Positions 51,208 through 61,736 are shown, counted from the first letter of the stretch. The stretch is 64,000 nucleotides of DNA from Spirochaetia bacterium (GCA_965208575.1 CBDBOV010000004.1:1056001-1120000), one strand, 5' to 3'. Notes: generated by a model from the sequence alone, not told the origin. Made by a program: numbers and translations.

Positions 51208-51886
51208 CAGTGACCTCGTAACCAGCTTCCCGCAGGCCCGGCTCAACCAGCGCGAGAACTTCCTCTCGCTGATGCACTACTTCGGGCTGCTGAGCATCCG
51301 CGGAGTGGCCGCCGGCGTACCGCGGCTCGGCATTCCCAACCAGACCGTGCGGCGGCTGATGTACGGCTACCTGCGCGACGCCTACCGCGACGTGGGCGTG
51401 TTTTCGCTCGACCTGGTGGAGTTCGACCGGTTGACGCGGCGGATGGCGCTGGAGGGTGAGTGGCGGCCGGCCGTTGAGCGGCTCAGTGCGGCGGTGGCGG
51501 AGCACACCAGCATCCGCGACGACCTGCACGGCGAGAAGGTGGTGCAGGGCTTCCTGGCAGCCTACCTGAGCGCATCCGGCTACTTCGTGTTCCACACCGA
51601 GATGGAGTTGGCCAAGGGCTACGCCGACATCGTGCTGGCGCCGCTCTCGGAGCGCTATCCCGGCATGCGCCACGGCTTCGTGATCGAACTCAAGTACGTG
51701 CCGCGCGGCCCACAAGCCAAGGCGCAGGTACCGGCGCATGCCGCGGAGGCGGTTGCACAACTGCGCCGCTCCCTGGCGGACGGGCGGCTGGCGCGACGCT
51801 ACCCGGACGCGGAGTTCACGGGTGTGGCGCTGGTGTTCCGCGGCTGGGAGCTGGTGCGGAGCGACGAGGTGACGGTCCCTGCGTAG
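51208..51886 (+). pseudogene. AAA-ATPase-like + PD-(D/E)XK nuclease gene, 3' part
   Basis: FLSLMHYFGLL, IPNQTV, E...KGYADI, VIELKY. Confidence 0.85.
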
Positions 51887-53780
51887 ACGTCAAGGGAAGC
51901 GGTAGTGAGTCGCCGTTCGTCGGGGGACTTGGTGCGGGCGTGCGACGAACACCTCCCGGAGGCGCCGCTGGGCGTTCGCCGAGCGCGGGTGCCGCCAATG
52001 ACTCTCCCAACTGCTCCGCGACCAGGCTGCGGTAGCGGCTGGTGTTGGCGAGCAGGTCGGCGGCGGCGCCGCTCTCGATGGCCCGGCCCGCTTCCAGGAC
52101 CACCACGCGGTCGGCGCGTTCGATGGTGGAGCGGCGGTGGGCGATCACCAGGGCGGTGCGTCCGGCCAGCAGCCGGCCCATTGCCTCCTGGATCAGCGCC
52201 TCGGTCTCGGCGTCCACCGACGAGGTGGCCTCGTCCAGGATCAGGATCGGCGCGTCCTTGAGCAGCGCGCGGGCGATCGCCACCCGCTGGCGCTGGCCGC
52301 CGGACAGGCGCACGCCGCGGTCGCCCACCACCGTGTCGTAGCCGTCGGGCAGGCCGCGGATGAACTCCTCGGCGTTGGCGGCGCGGGCGGCGGCGTGCAG
52401 CTCCCGGTCGCCGGCGTCGGGGCGCCCGAACAGGATGTTGTCGCGCACGCTGCCGTGGAACAGGAACACCTCCTGGCTGACCACCGCCACCTGCCGGCGC
52501 AGGAAGGTCAGGTCCAGGCCGCGTACGTCATCGCCGCCCACGAGCACGCGCCCGGCGTCGGGGTCGTAGAAGCGCGGCACCAGCCGCGTGACGGTGGTCT
52601 TGCCGGCGCCCGTCTGCCCGGCGAGGGACACCACCTCGCCCGGCTCCGCGGCAAGGCTGAGCCGGCGCAGCACCGGTTCACCGGGCCGATATGAGAAGGT
52701 CACCTCGTCCAGTTCCACCGCGCCCGAGCACGTCGCCGGCACCACCGCGTTCGGCGGGCTGACGATGTCCGGCTGTACCGCCAGCAGTTCGTCCACGCGC
52801 CGGTAGCTGGCCAGGGCGCGGAACAGTACCTCGCCGATGTCCGCCAGCTTCAGGAACGGCTGGTAGATGAAGGTCAGGTAGGCCAGGAACAGGTACAGGT
52901 CGGCCACCGCCAACCCGCCGCCGAGGGCGGCGGCGCCGCCCGCCCCCACCGCCAGGATCACGCCCAGCCCGCCGGTCATCTCCACGATCCCGGAGGGCAG
53001 CAGCGAGCGGTGGGTGGCGCGAATGATGTCGTCGCGGTAGTCGTCCGCCAGCCGGGCGACGCGCCGCGCCTGTTCCGCCTCGCGGGTGAACGACTTGATC
53101 TCGCTCATCCCCTGCAGGCTGTCCTCCACCAGCGCCACCACCTGCGCATAGCGCGCACGCACGCCGCGCCACTGTCCGCGGATGTTGCGGGTGAGCAGGA
53201 AGATCACCAGCGCCGCGACCGGCAGCGGGCTGAGCACCACGAGGGTGAGCAGCGGATCGATCACCAGCAGCACCACGATCATCGCCAGCGGGATGGCGAC
53301 CGCCTGCACCAGCTCCGGGACGCCGTGCGCGACGAAGTCCTCCAGCGCCTCCACGTCGCTCACCGAGCGCGCAATCAGGGTGCCGGTGCGGCTGCCGGCG
53401 AAGAAGCGGTGCGAGAGCTGCTGCAGGTGGCGGTACACGCGCTGCAGCAGGTCGGCCAGCAGCGCATACGCGGCCTGGTGCGAGGTCATGCCATACAGGT
53501 AGCGTGCGGCGCCGCGCAGCACGAACACTCCCACCAGCACGGCGATCACCATGGCCAGCGAGACGCCATCCCCTGCACCGCCGGAGGCTGCGCCGGCGCC
53601 CGCGCCGGTGGCGGTCCCGGCGGATGCGCCGGTGATGGCGGCGATGAGGCGGCGCACGTACAGCGGCGGTATCAGCGTGGTGGCGGCGAACAGCAGTCCG
53701 CTCGCCGCCGACAGACCGATCAGCAGCTTGTGGCCGCGGAACACGTCGGCCACGCGGCTCGGGCGCGGTACGCTACTCAC
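51816..53780 (-). CDS. ABC exporter, fused TM + ATPase (MsbA-like)
   Basis: GQTGAGKTT, RFYDP, LSGGQRQRVAIARALLKDAPILILDEATS, IAHR; the low-complexity tail is uncertain. Confidence 0.88.
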   Translation of the reverse strand: MSSVPRPSRVADVFRGHKLLIGLSAASGLLFAATTLIPPLYVRRLIAAITGASAGTATGAGAGAASGGAGDGVSLAMVIAVLVGVFVLRGAARYLYGMTSHQAAYALLADLLQRVYRHLQQLSHRFFAGSRTGTLIARSVSDVEALEDFVAHGVPELVQAVAIPLAMIVVLLVIDPLLTLVVLSPLPVAALVIFLLTRNIRGQWRGVRARYAQVVALVEDSLQGMSEIKSFTREAEQARRVARLADDYRDDIIRATHRSLLPSGIVEMTGGLGVILAVGAGGAAALGGGLAVADLYLFLAYLTFIYQPFLKLADIGEVLFRALASYRRVDELLAVQPDIVSPPNAVVPATCSGAVELDEVTFSYRPGEPVLRRLSLAAEPGEVVSLAGQTGAGKTTVTRLVPRFYDPDAGRVLVGGDDVRGLDLTFLRRQVAVVSQEVFLFHGSVRDNILFGRPDAGDRELHAAARAANAEEFIRGLPDGYDTVVGDRGVRLSGGQRQRVAIARALLKDAPILILDEATSSVDAETEALIQEAMGRLLAGRTALVIAHRRSTIERADRVVVLEAGRAIESGAAADLLANTSRYRSLVAEQLGESLAAPALGERPAAPPGGVRRTPAPSPPTNGDSLPLPLTSTQGPSPRRSAPAPSRGTPAPHP

Positions 53781-54163
53781 TGCCCGCCTGCCGTGCAACC
53801 ACGCCGGGCCGCCCGGCGGCGTGGCCGGGGCTTCGCTTCAGCCCGGCCTCGCCGGTCGAGGAAGAACCGCGCCGGTTCGTTCGAAAACGCCGGCGCGGGT
53901 GCGATGCCCGTGCTTCCGCCTTCATGCTCGCTGCCGACCGGCCGGGATGCCCTGCATAGCGGTCCCTCCCCCGGCGTGTCGCGGAGTCATCGAGGCGGCG
54001 CGCTCGGCGGCTGCCAGCTCGACACCGCCGACTCGCCGGACAAGCGGCGTGGTCGCGAAGGCAGCGCAGCGTGGCGCACGGCGCTTCGCCGGCGAAGCGG
54101 CTCCGCGCTGCGGATGGCGCGGCACCGCGACCCGTGCACTGCCCGTTTTTGGGGCTGGCGGCC

Positions 54164-55102
54164 TCACTCGTCGCCAGCCGCGGCGGCCAGGTGGCGGGCG
54201 AGTTGCTCGTGGAAGCGCAGTTCGCTGTTGTCCTGCGGTTGGTAGCCGATCACGCGGCGCGCGTTGGCGATGCTCCAGAAGGCGTGCGAGTTGCCGCTGA
54301 TGCCGTAGAACACCTGGAACGGCACCCCGTGACGGTCGCGGATGTCGGCGGTCTCGATGCTCTTGACGATGAGCTGCACCAGGTCGCGGCGGCTCAGGTA
54401 CACGGCCAGTCCGCGTCGCACCTGGCGCATGTTGCCGAGTTCGGCCCGTTCCATGTCGGTGTCGCGCGGGCCGCCGATGCGGATCTGCACGTTTTCGAGC
54501 GGCGGTTCCCCCGGCCCGCCCTGGGCGAAGATGAACCCCAGGTGCTCGTAGCACGCCTTGGCCCAGCCGTAGTAGCCCACCGCGCGCTCCTGCATGTCGG
54601 GGGTGACCACGTCGCACTTGCCGTCCAGGATCAGCGGCTCGTAGTAGTCGGCGGCGTGGTTGGAGCTGATCATCACCACCCGCCGCACGCCTTCCTCGCG
54701 CGCCGTCTGGAACACGTGGTAGGCCATCTCCACGTTGGCCAATTCGGCCCGGAACCGTCCCTCGCTCTGCCCGGCCACCGATGCGGTGATGCCGCCGAGC
54801 GTGCTGTCCGAGGGCGCCCGCTCGGCCGTGTCGGGTGGCCGCACGAACGCGCAGTGCACCACCGCGTCGGCACCCGCGAAGTGAGCCCGGTAGGCGGCGC
54901 GGTTCTTGTCGGTCAAATCCGCCTCTACGAGCCCCGCCACCGCATTGCCGTCGCGATCCTCCCCGCGCACGTCCAGCGGCACCAGTTCGTAGCGGTCTCG
55001 CAGGCCCTGCAGCATCAACCCGGCAACATAGCCCGCCGCCCCGGTCACCACCACACGCCGCCGCGCCGTTGTTGGGGCGCCACCTCGCTCGTTCTGTTTC
55101 AT
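54164..55102 (-). CDS. NAD-dependent epimerase/dehydratase (uronate dehydrogenase-like)
   Basis: VTGAAGYVA, SSNHA, YGWAK (YxxxK), RIG, LS.RD. Confidence 0.85.
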   Translation of the reverse strand: MKQNERGGAPTTARRRVVVTGAAGYVAGLMLQGLRDRYELVPLDVRGEDRDGNAVAGLVEADLTDKNRAAYRAHFAGADAVVHCAFVRPPDTAERAPSDSTLGGITASVAGQSEGRFRAELANVEMAYHVFQTAREEGVRRVVMISSNHAADYYEPLILDGKCDVVTPDMQERAVGYYGWAKACYEHLGFIFAQGGPGEPPLENVQIRIGGPRDTDMERAELGNMRQVRRGLAVYLSRRDLVQLIVKSIETADIRDRHGVPFQVFYGISGNSHAFWSIANARRVIGYQPQDNSELRFHEQLARHLAAAAGDE

Positions 55103-55141
55103 CGGAAGCGGATGATAGCACTCGCCATTGCCCGCGTCACG
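55083..55141 (-). promoter_or_regulatory. Putative promoter + translation start, duplicated at 56516-56574
   Basis: 59-bp near-identical repeat with extended -10-like TGCTATCAT 10 nt before the ATG. Confidence 0.65.
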
Positions 55142-55194
55142 GGGCGGCGCTGCGTGTGCCCAGCCAGATGGCGATGGCGCGAGCAGGTCAGTCG

Positions 55195-55325
55195 GCGGCG
55201 GAGCCCGGTCGCTGCGTGCGGCGCGATCTCGAGATCGACTACGAGCAGCGCCAGGTCACCGTGGCCGGTCGTGCGGTCCGGCTCACGGCCACCGGGTACA
55301 AGCTGCTGTGCGTGCTCTCCAGTAC
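55195..55325 (+). pseudogene. Fragment of an OmpR/KdpE-type winged-helix regulator
   Basis: DLEIDYEQRQVTVAGRAVRLTATGYKLLCVLS with no receiver domain or recognition helix. Confidence 0.6.
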
Positions 55326-55408
55326 CCGCGCACGCGGACGCCGCGGCTACCGCTCACGCCTGCCGCTCCGCCACCGGGCTGCAATCCGCCAGCCGGCATT
55401 TCCGCAGG

Positions 55409-56509
55409 CTACGGCACCACCACCACGCGGCCGTCGATGCTGCCGGCGTGCAGCTCGGAAAACACGTCATTGATCTCGGCCAGGGGCCGGCGCGCGATCG
55501 GCGGCGGCTCGATGCGGCTCTCGCGGCGCAGCTCGATCAGTTCGGCCAAGTCCTGCAGCGTGCCGAGGTGGGAGCCGCGAATCGCCAGCAGCCCGTAGAT
55601 GTAGTCGGCCACCGACACCTTCAACTCGCCACCGAACAGCCCCACCACCACGTGCGTGCCGCCGCGCCGCAGCGAGTCGAGCGCCACTTGCGAGGTCTCC
55701 TGCATGCCGACGAAGTCGACCGAAGCAGCCACGCCGGCGCCGCACTGCTCCTTGAGCCGGCGGCCCGCATCCGGATCGGAGGTATCGATGGTGGCGTCGG
55801 CGCCGTTGGCCTCGGCCAGCGCCCGCTTGTCGGCGCTGATGTCCGCCACCACGATACGCGCATCGGTCATCGCCCGCGCTACGCGCAGCGCGCTCAGGCC
55901 CACGCCGCCGGCGCCGACCAGCAGCAGGGTGTCGCCGGGGCCGATCCGGCCCAGCGTGCCGGCGCTCTCCGGATAGGTGGTAAGGGCGCGCTTCACCGCC
56001 GCGTACCCGGTGATGCCGGCGCACGCATAGGTGGCCGCCACGTCCGCGTCGATACCGTCGTACGGCAACAGGTAGCGCGGGTGCGGCACCAGCAGGTAGT
56101 CGCTGTAGCCGCCGTCGACGCGCGCCCCCAGGTAGCGCCCGCGCTCGCACAGGATGTCCTCTTCGCGCAGGCACGCCGCGCACTGCCGGCAGCCGACCCA
56201 CGGCCACACCACCCGCGGCGACCCGATCGGCACCCCGGCGGCGGCCGGATCGTCCACCTCCGGCCCCACCGCCGCCACCCGGCCCACCGGCTCGTGGCCC
56301 AGGGTCAGCGGCAGCTCCACCCCCAGGTCGGCGAGCACCCGCTTGCGTCCGCCGCCCAGGTCGAAGTAGCCGGTGTGGATGTGCAGGTCGCTGTGGCACA
56401 CCCCGCACGACTCAATCTCCACCAGCACCTCGGTGCCCTGCGGATCCGGCGTCGGATAGTCGCGCCGCTCCAGCGGCTCGCCCCAATCGATCACTTGGTA
56501 ACTCGTCAT
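55409..56509 (-). CDS. Zn-dependent alcohol dehydrogenase
   Basis: CGVCHSD, LGHE, CRQCAAC...C, GAGGVG. Confidence 0.92.
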   Translation of the reverse strand: MTSYQVIDWGEPLERRDYPTPDPQGTEVLVEIESCGVCHSDLHIHTGYFDLGGGRKRVLADLGVELPLTLGHEPVGRVAAVGPEVDDPAAAGVPIGSPRVVWPWVGCRQCAACLREEDILCERGRYLGARVDGGYSDYLLVPHPRYLLPYDGIDADVAATYACAGITGYAAVKRALTTYPESAGTLGRIGPGDTLLLVGAGGVGLSALRVARAMTDARIVVADISADKRALAEANGADATIDTSDPDAGRRLKEQCGAGVAASVDFVGMQETSQVALDSLRRGGTHVVVGLFGGELKVSVADYIYGLLAIRGSHLGTLQDLAELIELRRESRIEPPPIARRPLAEINDVFSELHAGSIDGRVVVVP

Positions 56510-56515
56510 GCCCAG

Positions 56516-56574
56516 CCTCGATCATTCTGCTTCATCGGAAGTGGATGATAGCACTCGCCATTGTCCGCGTCACG
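56516..56574 (-). promoter_or_regulatory. Second copy of the duplicated promoter/start region, upstream of the ADH gene
   Basis: Matches 55083-55141. Confidence 0.65.
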
Positions 56575-56641
56575 CAACGCCGGCGTGCTCGCGAAATTCG
56601 TGGTACATTGCAGCATTGCACCCTGGTGGGTTGGACCGCGT

Positions 56642-58930
56642 ATGCAAGGGACACGTCATAAGGGCCGGCTGTTCTACACCTACCTGCTCTCGTTTCTGCT
56701 GATCCTCATGGTGCCGGTCGTGTTCAGTACGTTCGTGTTCGGACGCGCCCGCTCCATCCTCACCCAGGAAGCGGGCCGCGCCAACGAGCTGCTGCTGCAG
56801 CAGATGAAGTCGTTTCTCGACACCGTCATGAGCGACGTCGTGCAGCTCAACTACATCGTCGCCAACCATGTCACGCTCGGCGGCATGCTGTTCGAGACGC
56901 TGCCGGTGACCAACGACGAAATCTACCGCGCGTACCGGATCGCCAGCGACCTGTACGACTACGACACCTCCAGCACCGGCAGCACCGATCTGTACGTCTA
57001 CCTCCCAAAGCTCGACATGGTGATCTCTCCGCGCGGCTACACGACCACCGCAAACTACCAGCTGGCGCAGCGGCCGATGTTGGAGTCCGGCTACGACACG
57101 TGGCTCGGGTCGTTCTCCGACGTCACCCGGCCGCGCTTCCGTGCCTCGCAGAGCATGAGTCTCGCCGAGGAGGTGCACGATACCGTCGAGATGGTCACTC
57201 CGCTGCCGGCGCTGCAGCGCACCGGCTCCCCGCACGGCTGGCTGGTGGTCCACATCGCCCGCGACCTGTTCCAGCGCATCTTTGCCGATACCGCCTGGAC
57301 GCCCGACGCTCTGCAACTCGTGTTCCACCCCGAGTTCGGCGTCATCGCCGCGTCGGACAGCGCCGTCGATGACGCCGAAGTAAAGGCTGTCGGCGCGCGC
57401 GTGCTCGGTGCGGGCGTCCTCGACCGGATCACGCTGGGCGGCGAGACCTACACCGCCAACGCACTGCGCTCCGACGTCGTCGACTGGTACTACCTCTCGC
57501 TGGTGCCAGGCGGTCTCTATGCGCAGCGGTTCGCCGGTCTCTACCGGTACACGATCCTGGCGCTGATCGGGTGCGTGATCATCGCCGGACTGCTCATCTA
57601 CTGGTTGGCCTCGGTCCGCTACCGGCCGATCCAGGACCTCATCGCGCTGGTGAAGCCGGACGCAAACGGCACCTTGACGCTGCAATCGGACGAGTTCGCG
57701 CTCATCTCCGGTTCGGTGCAGAGCACTCTGCAGGAGGACCGCCGGTTACGCCGCGAGCTCACCCGCTCGCGGCCGCTGCTGTTGCAGAGCTACCTGCGCC
57801 GGCTGCTCCGCGACGCGGTGCAACCGGCCACCGCCATCGCGACGAGACTACGACGCTTCGGATTCGCGTTCGCGTACCGGAATCTGTACCTGGCGCTGGT
57901 GGAGATAGACCGGCCGGCCAGCGTGTCGCGTGGGTCGCTGGAAGCATTCCTGGACGGATATCGCCCGCCGACCGACATGCAATTCGTCACGGTGCCCGAC
58001 CTTGCCGGCAGAACGGGGCTGCTGGTGAGCACCGCCGAATCCGGTCTCACGCTGGTCACTGCCACCCTTGCCAACCTGAAACGGCAATTCGAGGAGCATT
58101 TCGGCGTCACGTCGGCCGTCGGCGTGAGCGAAGCGCATACGCTGTCGGATGTCGGGCCACTGCTGCTCGAAGCCCGTGCGGCGCTCGCCTACCGGCTGGT
58201 CAAGGGCGGCTCCGATCCCATCGGATTCCCGGAGGTAGTCACCTCCGGTCCCGCCTACCACTTTCCGCTCGAAGACGAGGTCCGGCTGGTCAACTCGATC
58301 AAGGCCGGCAACGAGGCGGATGCCGGCGCCATTCTGGAGTCGATCCACGCCGCCAACTTCGCTCGCACACGGCTGTCCATCGAAATGGCGCGCTGCCTGA
58401 TGTTCGACCTGATCTCGACCATGATCAAGACGATCGAGTCGTTGCACGCCGGCGACGAGGATGAGCAGTTCTGGGCGCGCATCGAGCCGGTGTCCCGCCT
58501 CACCGCCTGCCGCTCGCTGGAACGGTTGCAACAGGAGATGAAGGCGATCCTGGCCGAGGTATGCGGGCACGTACGCGGCCGGCGCACGTCCCACACCGAG
58601 CACCTGCGCCAGGCGATTCTCGACTACATCGCCGAGCATTGCTACGAACGCAACCTCGGTCCGGAAACGGTCGCCGGCCACCTGCAGCGCAACAGCGCCT
58701 ACATCGCCCGCTTCTTTCGCGAACAGTTCGGCGTGGGCATCAGCAGCTACATCAAGAACCTGCGCATCGCCGAGGCGAAGCGGCTCATCGAGAACACCGG
58801 GCTCACCGTACGCGACATAGCGGACCGCACCGGCTTCAGTGACAGCAATGCCCTGATCCGCGGCTTCAAGACGCAGGAGGGCATTACCCCGGGTGAGTAC
58901 AAGGCGTCGCGGCTCGACCGCGCGCGGTAA
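56642..58930 (+). CDS. AraC-family regulator with membrane-anchored sensor domain (YesS-like)
   Basis: Two TM segments; C-terminal YI..H, Y..RFFRE..G, IA..TGFSD....R.FK..EGITPGEY. Confidence 0.88.
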   Translation: MQGTRHKGRLFYTYLLSFLLILMVPVVFSTFVFGRARSILTQEAGRANELLLQQMKSFLDTVMSDVVQLNYIVANHVTLGGMLFETLPVTNDEIYRAYRIASDLYDYDTSSTGSTDLYVYLPKLDMVISPRGYTTTANYQLAQRPMLESGYDTWLGSFSDVTRPRFRASQSMSLAEEVHDTVEMVTPLPALQRTGSPHGWLVVHIARDLFQRIFADTAWTPDALQLVFHPEFGVIAASDSAVDDAEVKAVGARVLGAGVLDRITLGGETYTANALRSDVVDWYYLSLVPGGLYAQRFAGLYRYTILALIGCVIIAGLLIYWLASVRYRPIQDLIALVKPDANGTLTLQSDEFALISGSVQSTLQEDRRLRRELTRSRPLLLQSYLRRLLRDAVQPATAIATRLRRFGFAFAYRNLYLALVEIDRPASVSRGSLEAFLDGYRPPTDMQFVTVPDLAGRTGLLVSTAESGLTLVTATLANLKRQFEEHFGVTSAVGVSEAHTLSDVGPLLLEARAALAYRLVKGGSDPIGFPEVVTSGPAYHFPLEDEVRLVNSIKAGNEADAGAILESIHAANFARTRLSIEMARCLMFDLISTMIKTIESLHAGDEDEQFWARIEPVSRLTACRSLERLQQEMKAILAEVCGHVRGRRTSHTEHLRQAILDYIAEHCYERNLGPETVAGHLQRNSAYIARFFREQFGVGISSYIKNLRIAEAKRLIENTGLTVRDIADRTGFSDSNALIRGFKTQEGITPGEYKASRLDRAR

Positions 58931-59077
58931 GGCGCCGGCGATCCTGCGCAATCGGCGACCCGAGTACCGGATTCGCTATCGGAACCTCGTCATTTGGCGA
59001 CCAAGGTGCGGACTCTCCGATTTACACACTGCCGCCGCGAGCCGGACGATGGCCCATCAACGCTATTGGAGGTTGTC

Positions 59078-60664
59078 ATGAAGAGAACGTTCTTCATTGT
59101 CGCGGCGATCTGCGTCGCCGGTCTCGTGTTCGCGTCTCCATCCGAGGAGTCCGCCGCCGAGGGACCACGCGAGATCACCATCTGGGAGGGGCTGTGGCAC
59201 AACGCATCGGTCTCGGTGGCGAACCTGGCGGAAACCCCGCTCTACCAGGAGGTGATGCGCCGCACCGGCATCGACGTGACCTTTATCCACCCGGCACAGG
59301 GCCAGGAGCGGGAGGCGTTCAACCTGATGATCGCGTCCAACGACCTGCCGGACATGATCTACACGAGGTGGCCCAACGAATATCCCGGCGGTCCGGAGAA
59401 GGCGATCTCGGACGGCGTCATCATCCGTTTGAATGACGTTATCGCCAACCACGCGCCCAATCTGAGTGCGCTGTACGCCAAGCACCCCGACTGGCTGAAG
59501 GCGGCCAAGACCGACAGCGGCACCCACTACATGTTCCCGTTCATCCGCGGCGACGACTACCTGATGGTGTTCTACGGGCCGCAACTGCGCGCGGACTGGC
59601 TCGACCAACTCGGCCTGGAGGTGCCGCAGACGCTCGCCGATTGGGACAACGTGCTTTCTTCCATGAAGGACGAGGGGCTGGTCGAGTACCCGCTGACGTT
59701 CACCAACTTCCGCCGCGGGCGCGGCATCAACGGTCCCGGCAATGCCTTCATCCAGCCGTTCGGCACCACCTGGAGTTTCCACCAGGATGGCCGCGGCAAC
59801 GTGCACTTCGGCCCGTACGAGGACTCGTTCGGCGAGTTTCTGGCGTTCTTCAAGGACTGGTTCGACCGCGGCCTGGTGGACCCCGAGTTCTTCAGCAATG
59901 AGCGCAATACGTTCAATGCCAAGATCCTCAACGGCGACACCGGCGCGTGGACCTCCTACACCGGCTCCGGCATCGGTGCCTACCTGGATGCCAACGGCGG
60001 CAAGGGCACGTTCGACATCGTGGCCGCCCCCTATCCGGTGATCAACAAGGGCGCTACCCCGTTCTTCGGGCAGCGCGACAACCCGGTGCGCGGCAGCGGC
60101 ATGGCGGTGACCACGCAGGCGCGCGACGTCGAGCTGGCCGCCGAGTTTGCCGACTTCGCCTACGGTGAGGAGGGCCACGTCCTGTTCAACTTCGGGCTGG
60201 AGGGAGAGAGCTACGAGTGGTCGACCGAGTATCCGGGATTCGAGGGCGAGCGCTGGCCGGTGTACACCGCCGTCATGAACAGTGACGCTGACGGCAGGAC
60301 CCTGTCGCAGATGGGTGGACTGTATACCCGTTCCTTCTACAGCGGCCCGATCGTGCAGGACCGGCGCTACATGTACCAGTACGCGCGCCGTCCGCAGCAG
60401 CGCAACGCGGTGGTGATCTGGGGGCAGACCGACGCGGCGACGCACATGCTGCCGGCAGTGACCGCTACCCCCGACGAGGCTGAGGAACTGGCCGAGATGA
60501 TGAGCGACATCGAGACCTACGTGGAGGAGATGTTCGTCAAGTTCATCACCGGCCAGGAGCCGCTGGCCAACTTCGACGGGTTCCAGAGCAGGCTGAAGCA
60601 GATGGGCATCGAACGCGCCATCGAGATCAAGCAGGCCGGCCTGGAGAGGTACAACGCCCGCTGA
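59078..60664 (+). CDS. Carbohydrate ABC transporter substrate-binding protein
   Basis: Signal peptide ..VFASPSEE, LMIASNDLPD, RADWLDQLGLEVP, KFITGQEPL. Confidence 0.9.
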   Translation: MKRTFFIVAAICVAGLVFASPSEESAAEGPREITIWEGLWHNASVSVANLAETPLYQEVMRRTGIDVTFIHPAQGQEREAFNLMIASNDLPDMIYTRWPNEYPGGPEKAISDGVIIRLNDVIANHAPNLSALYAKHPDWLKAAKTDSGTHYMFPFIRGDDYLMVFYGPQLRADWLDQLGLEVPQTLADWDNVLSSMKDEGLVEYPLTFTNFRRGRGINGPGNAFIQPFGTTWSFHQDGRGNVHFGPYEDSFGEFLAFFKDWFDRGLVDPEFFSNERNTFNAKILNGDTGAWTSYTGSGIGAYLDANGGKGTFDIVAAPYPVINKGATPFFGQRDNPVRGSGMAVTTQARDVELAAEFADFAYGEEGHVLFNFGLEGESYEWSTEYPGFEGERWPVYTAVMNSDADGRTLSQMGGLYTRSFYSGPIVQDRRYMYQYARRPQQRNAVVIWGQTDAATHMLPAVTATPDEAEELAEMMSDIETYVEEMFVKFITGQEPLANFDGFQSRLKQMGIERAIEIKQAGLERYNAR

Positions 60665-60707
60665 CGCCCGCGTCCTTGGAGGCACCGGCTTCGAGTGGGA
60701 TACTGCG

Positions 60708-60741
60708 AAAGCGGCCCGGTGAAATGCCGGGCCGTTTTCTT
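60708..60741 (+). terminator. Rho-independent terminator / mRNA-stabilising stem-loop between SBP and permease genes
   Basis: AAAGCGGCCCGG-loop-CCGGGCCGTTTT followed by CTT. Confidence 0.7.
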
Positions 60742-60764
60742 TGCACGTGGTGGGGGATGACGCG

Positions 60765-61736
60765 ATGGCAGAACGCGAGAATACGGTAGTGCCGGAGCTG
60801 CTGGCGCGTCCTCGGTTTCTCGGCGCCGGATATGGCCGCATGCTCAGGAAGGACTTCGTGCGCAACCGCGGCATCTACCTGATGGCGGTGCCGGTGGTGG
60901 CGTTCTTCCTCATCTTCTACTACGCACCGATGTTCGGGCTGGTGATCTCGTTCAAGCGGTTCACGCCGGCGCTCGGGATATTCGGCAGTCCGTGGGTCGG
61001 GTTCAAGTACTTCGAGGACTTCTTCCAGTCCTACTTCGCGGTACGCATCATCCGCAACACCATCCTGCTGAGCGTCCTCAGCCTGATCTGGGGGTTCCCG
61101 GCGCCGATCATCCTGGCGCTGCTGATCAACGAGGTGCGGTCGACCCCGTTCAAGCGCTCGGTGCAGAGCCTCACCTACCTGCCGCACTTCATCTCGCTGG
61201 TGGTGGTGTGCGGCCTGCTGCTGGAGTTCTCGCAGAGCGGCGGCCTGTTCAACGACCTGCGCCGCTGGTTCGGCGCCGAACCGATCTCCTTCTTCCAGGA
61301 TCCGCGCTACTTTCGCAGCTTCTACATCGGCAGCGACATCTGGCAGGAGGTGGGCTGGGGCAGCATCATCTACCTGGCGGCGCTGTCGGCGATCGATCCG
61401 CAGCTCTACGAGGCGGCGACCATCGACGGCGCCGGCCGCTTCCGCCAATTGCGGCACATCACACTGCCCTCGATCGCGCCGACCATCGTGGTGCTGCTGA
61501 TCCTGCGCCTGGGCAACCTGATGACCGTGGGACACGAGAAGATCATCCTGCTGTACAACTCGTCGATCTACGAGACCGCCGACGTAATCTCGACGTTCGT
61601 GTACCGCAAGGGATTGCTCGACTTCAGTTGGAGCTACGGCACCGCCGTGGGGCTGTTCAACTCGCTCATCAACCTGGCGCTGGTGGTCATGGCCAACTGG
61701 ATCAGCCGCCGCGTCAACGAAACCAGTCTCTGGTAG
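60765..61736 (+). CDS. Carbohydrate ABC transporter permease
   Basis: YAPMFG, SPWVGF, LPHFISLVV, EAATIDGA, TFVYRKG. Confidence 0.92.
   Translation: MAERENTVVPELLARPRFLGAGYGRMLRKDFVRNRGIYLMAVPVVAFFLIFYYAPMFGLVISFKRFTPALGIFGSPWVGFKYFEDFFQSYFAVRIIRNTILLSVLSLIWGFPAPIILALLINEVRSTPFKRSVQSLTYLPHFISLVVVCGLLLEFSQSGGLFNDLRRWFGAEPISFFQDPRYFRSFYIGSDIWQEVGWGSIIYLAALSAIDPQLYEAATIDGAGRFRQLRHITLPSIAPTIVVLLILRLGNLMTVGHEKIILLYNSSIYETADVISTFVYRKGLLDFSWSYGTAVGLFNSLINLALVVMANWISRRVNETSLW

Noticed and set aside
51816-52000. Low-complexity C-terminal tail of the ABC exporter overlapping the convergent gene
   Set aside because: Most likely stop-codon loss or a sequence error; no sign of a domain
53800-54160. GC-rich palindromic intergenic stretch (also about 280-440 and 21640-21760) as REP/MITE elements
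   Set aside because: Imperfect hairpins are common at this GC content and no convincing repeated unit was found within the window
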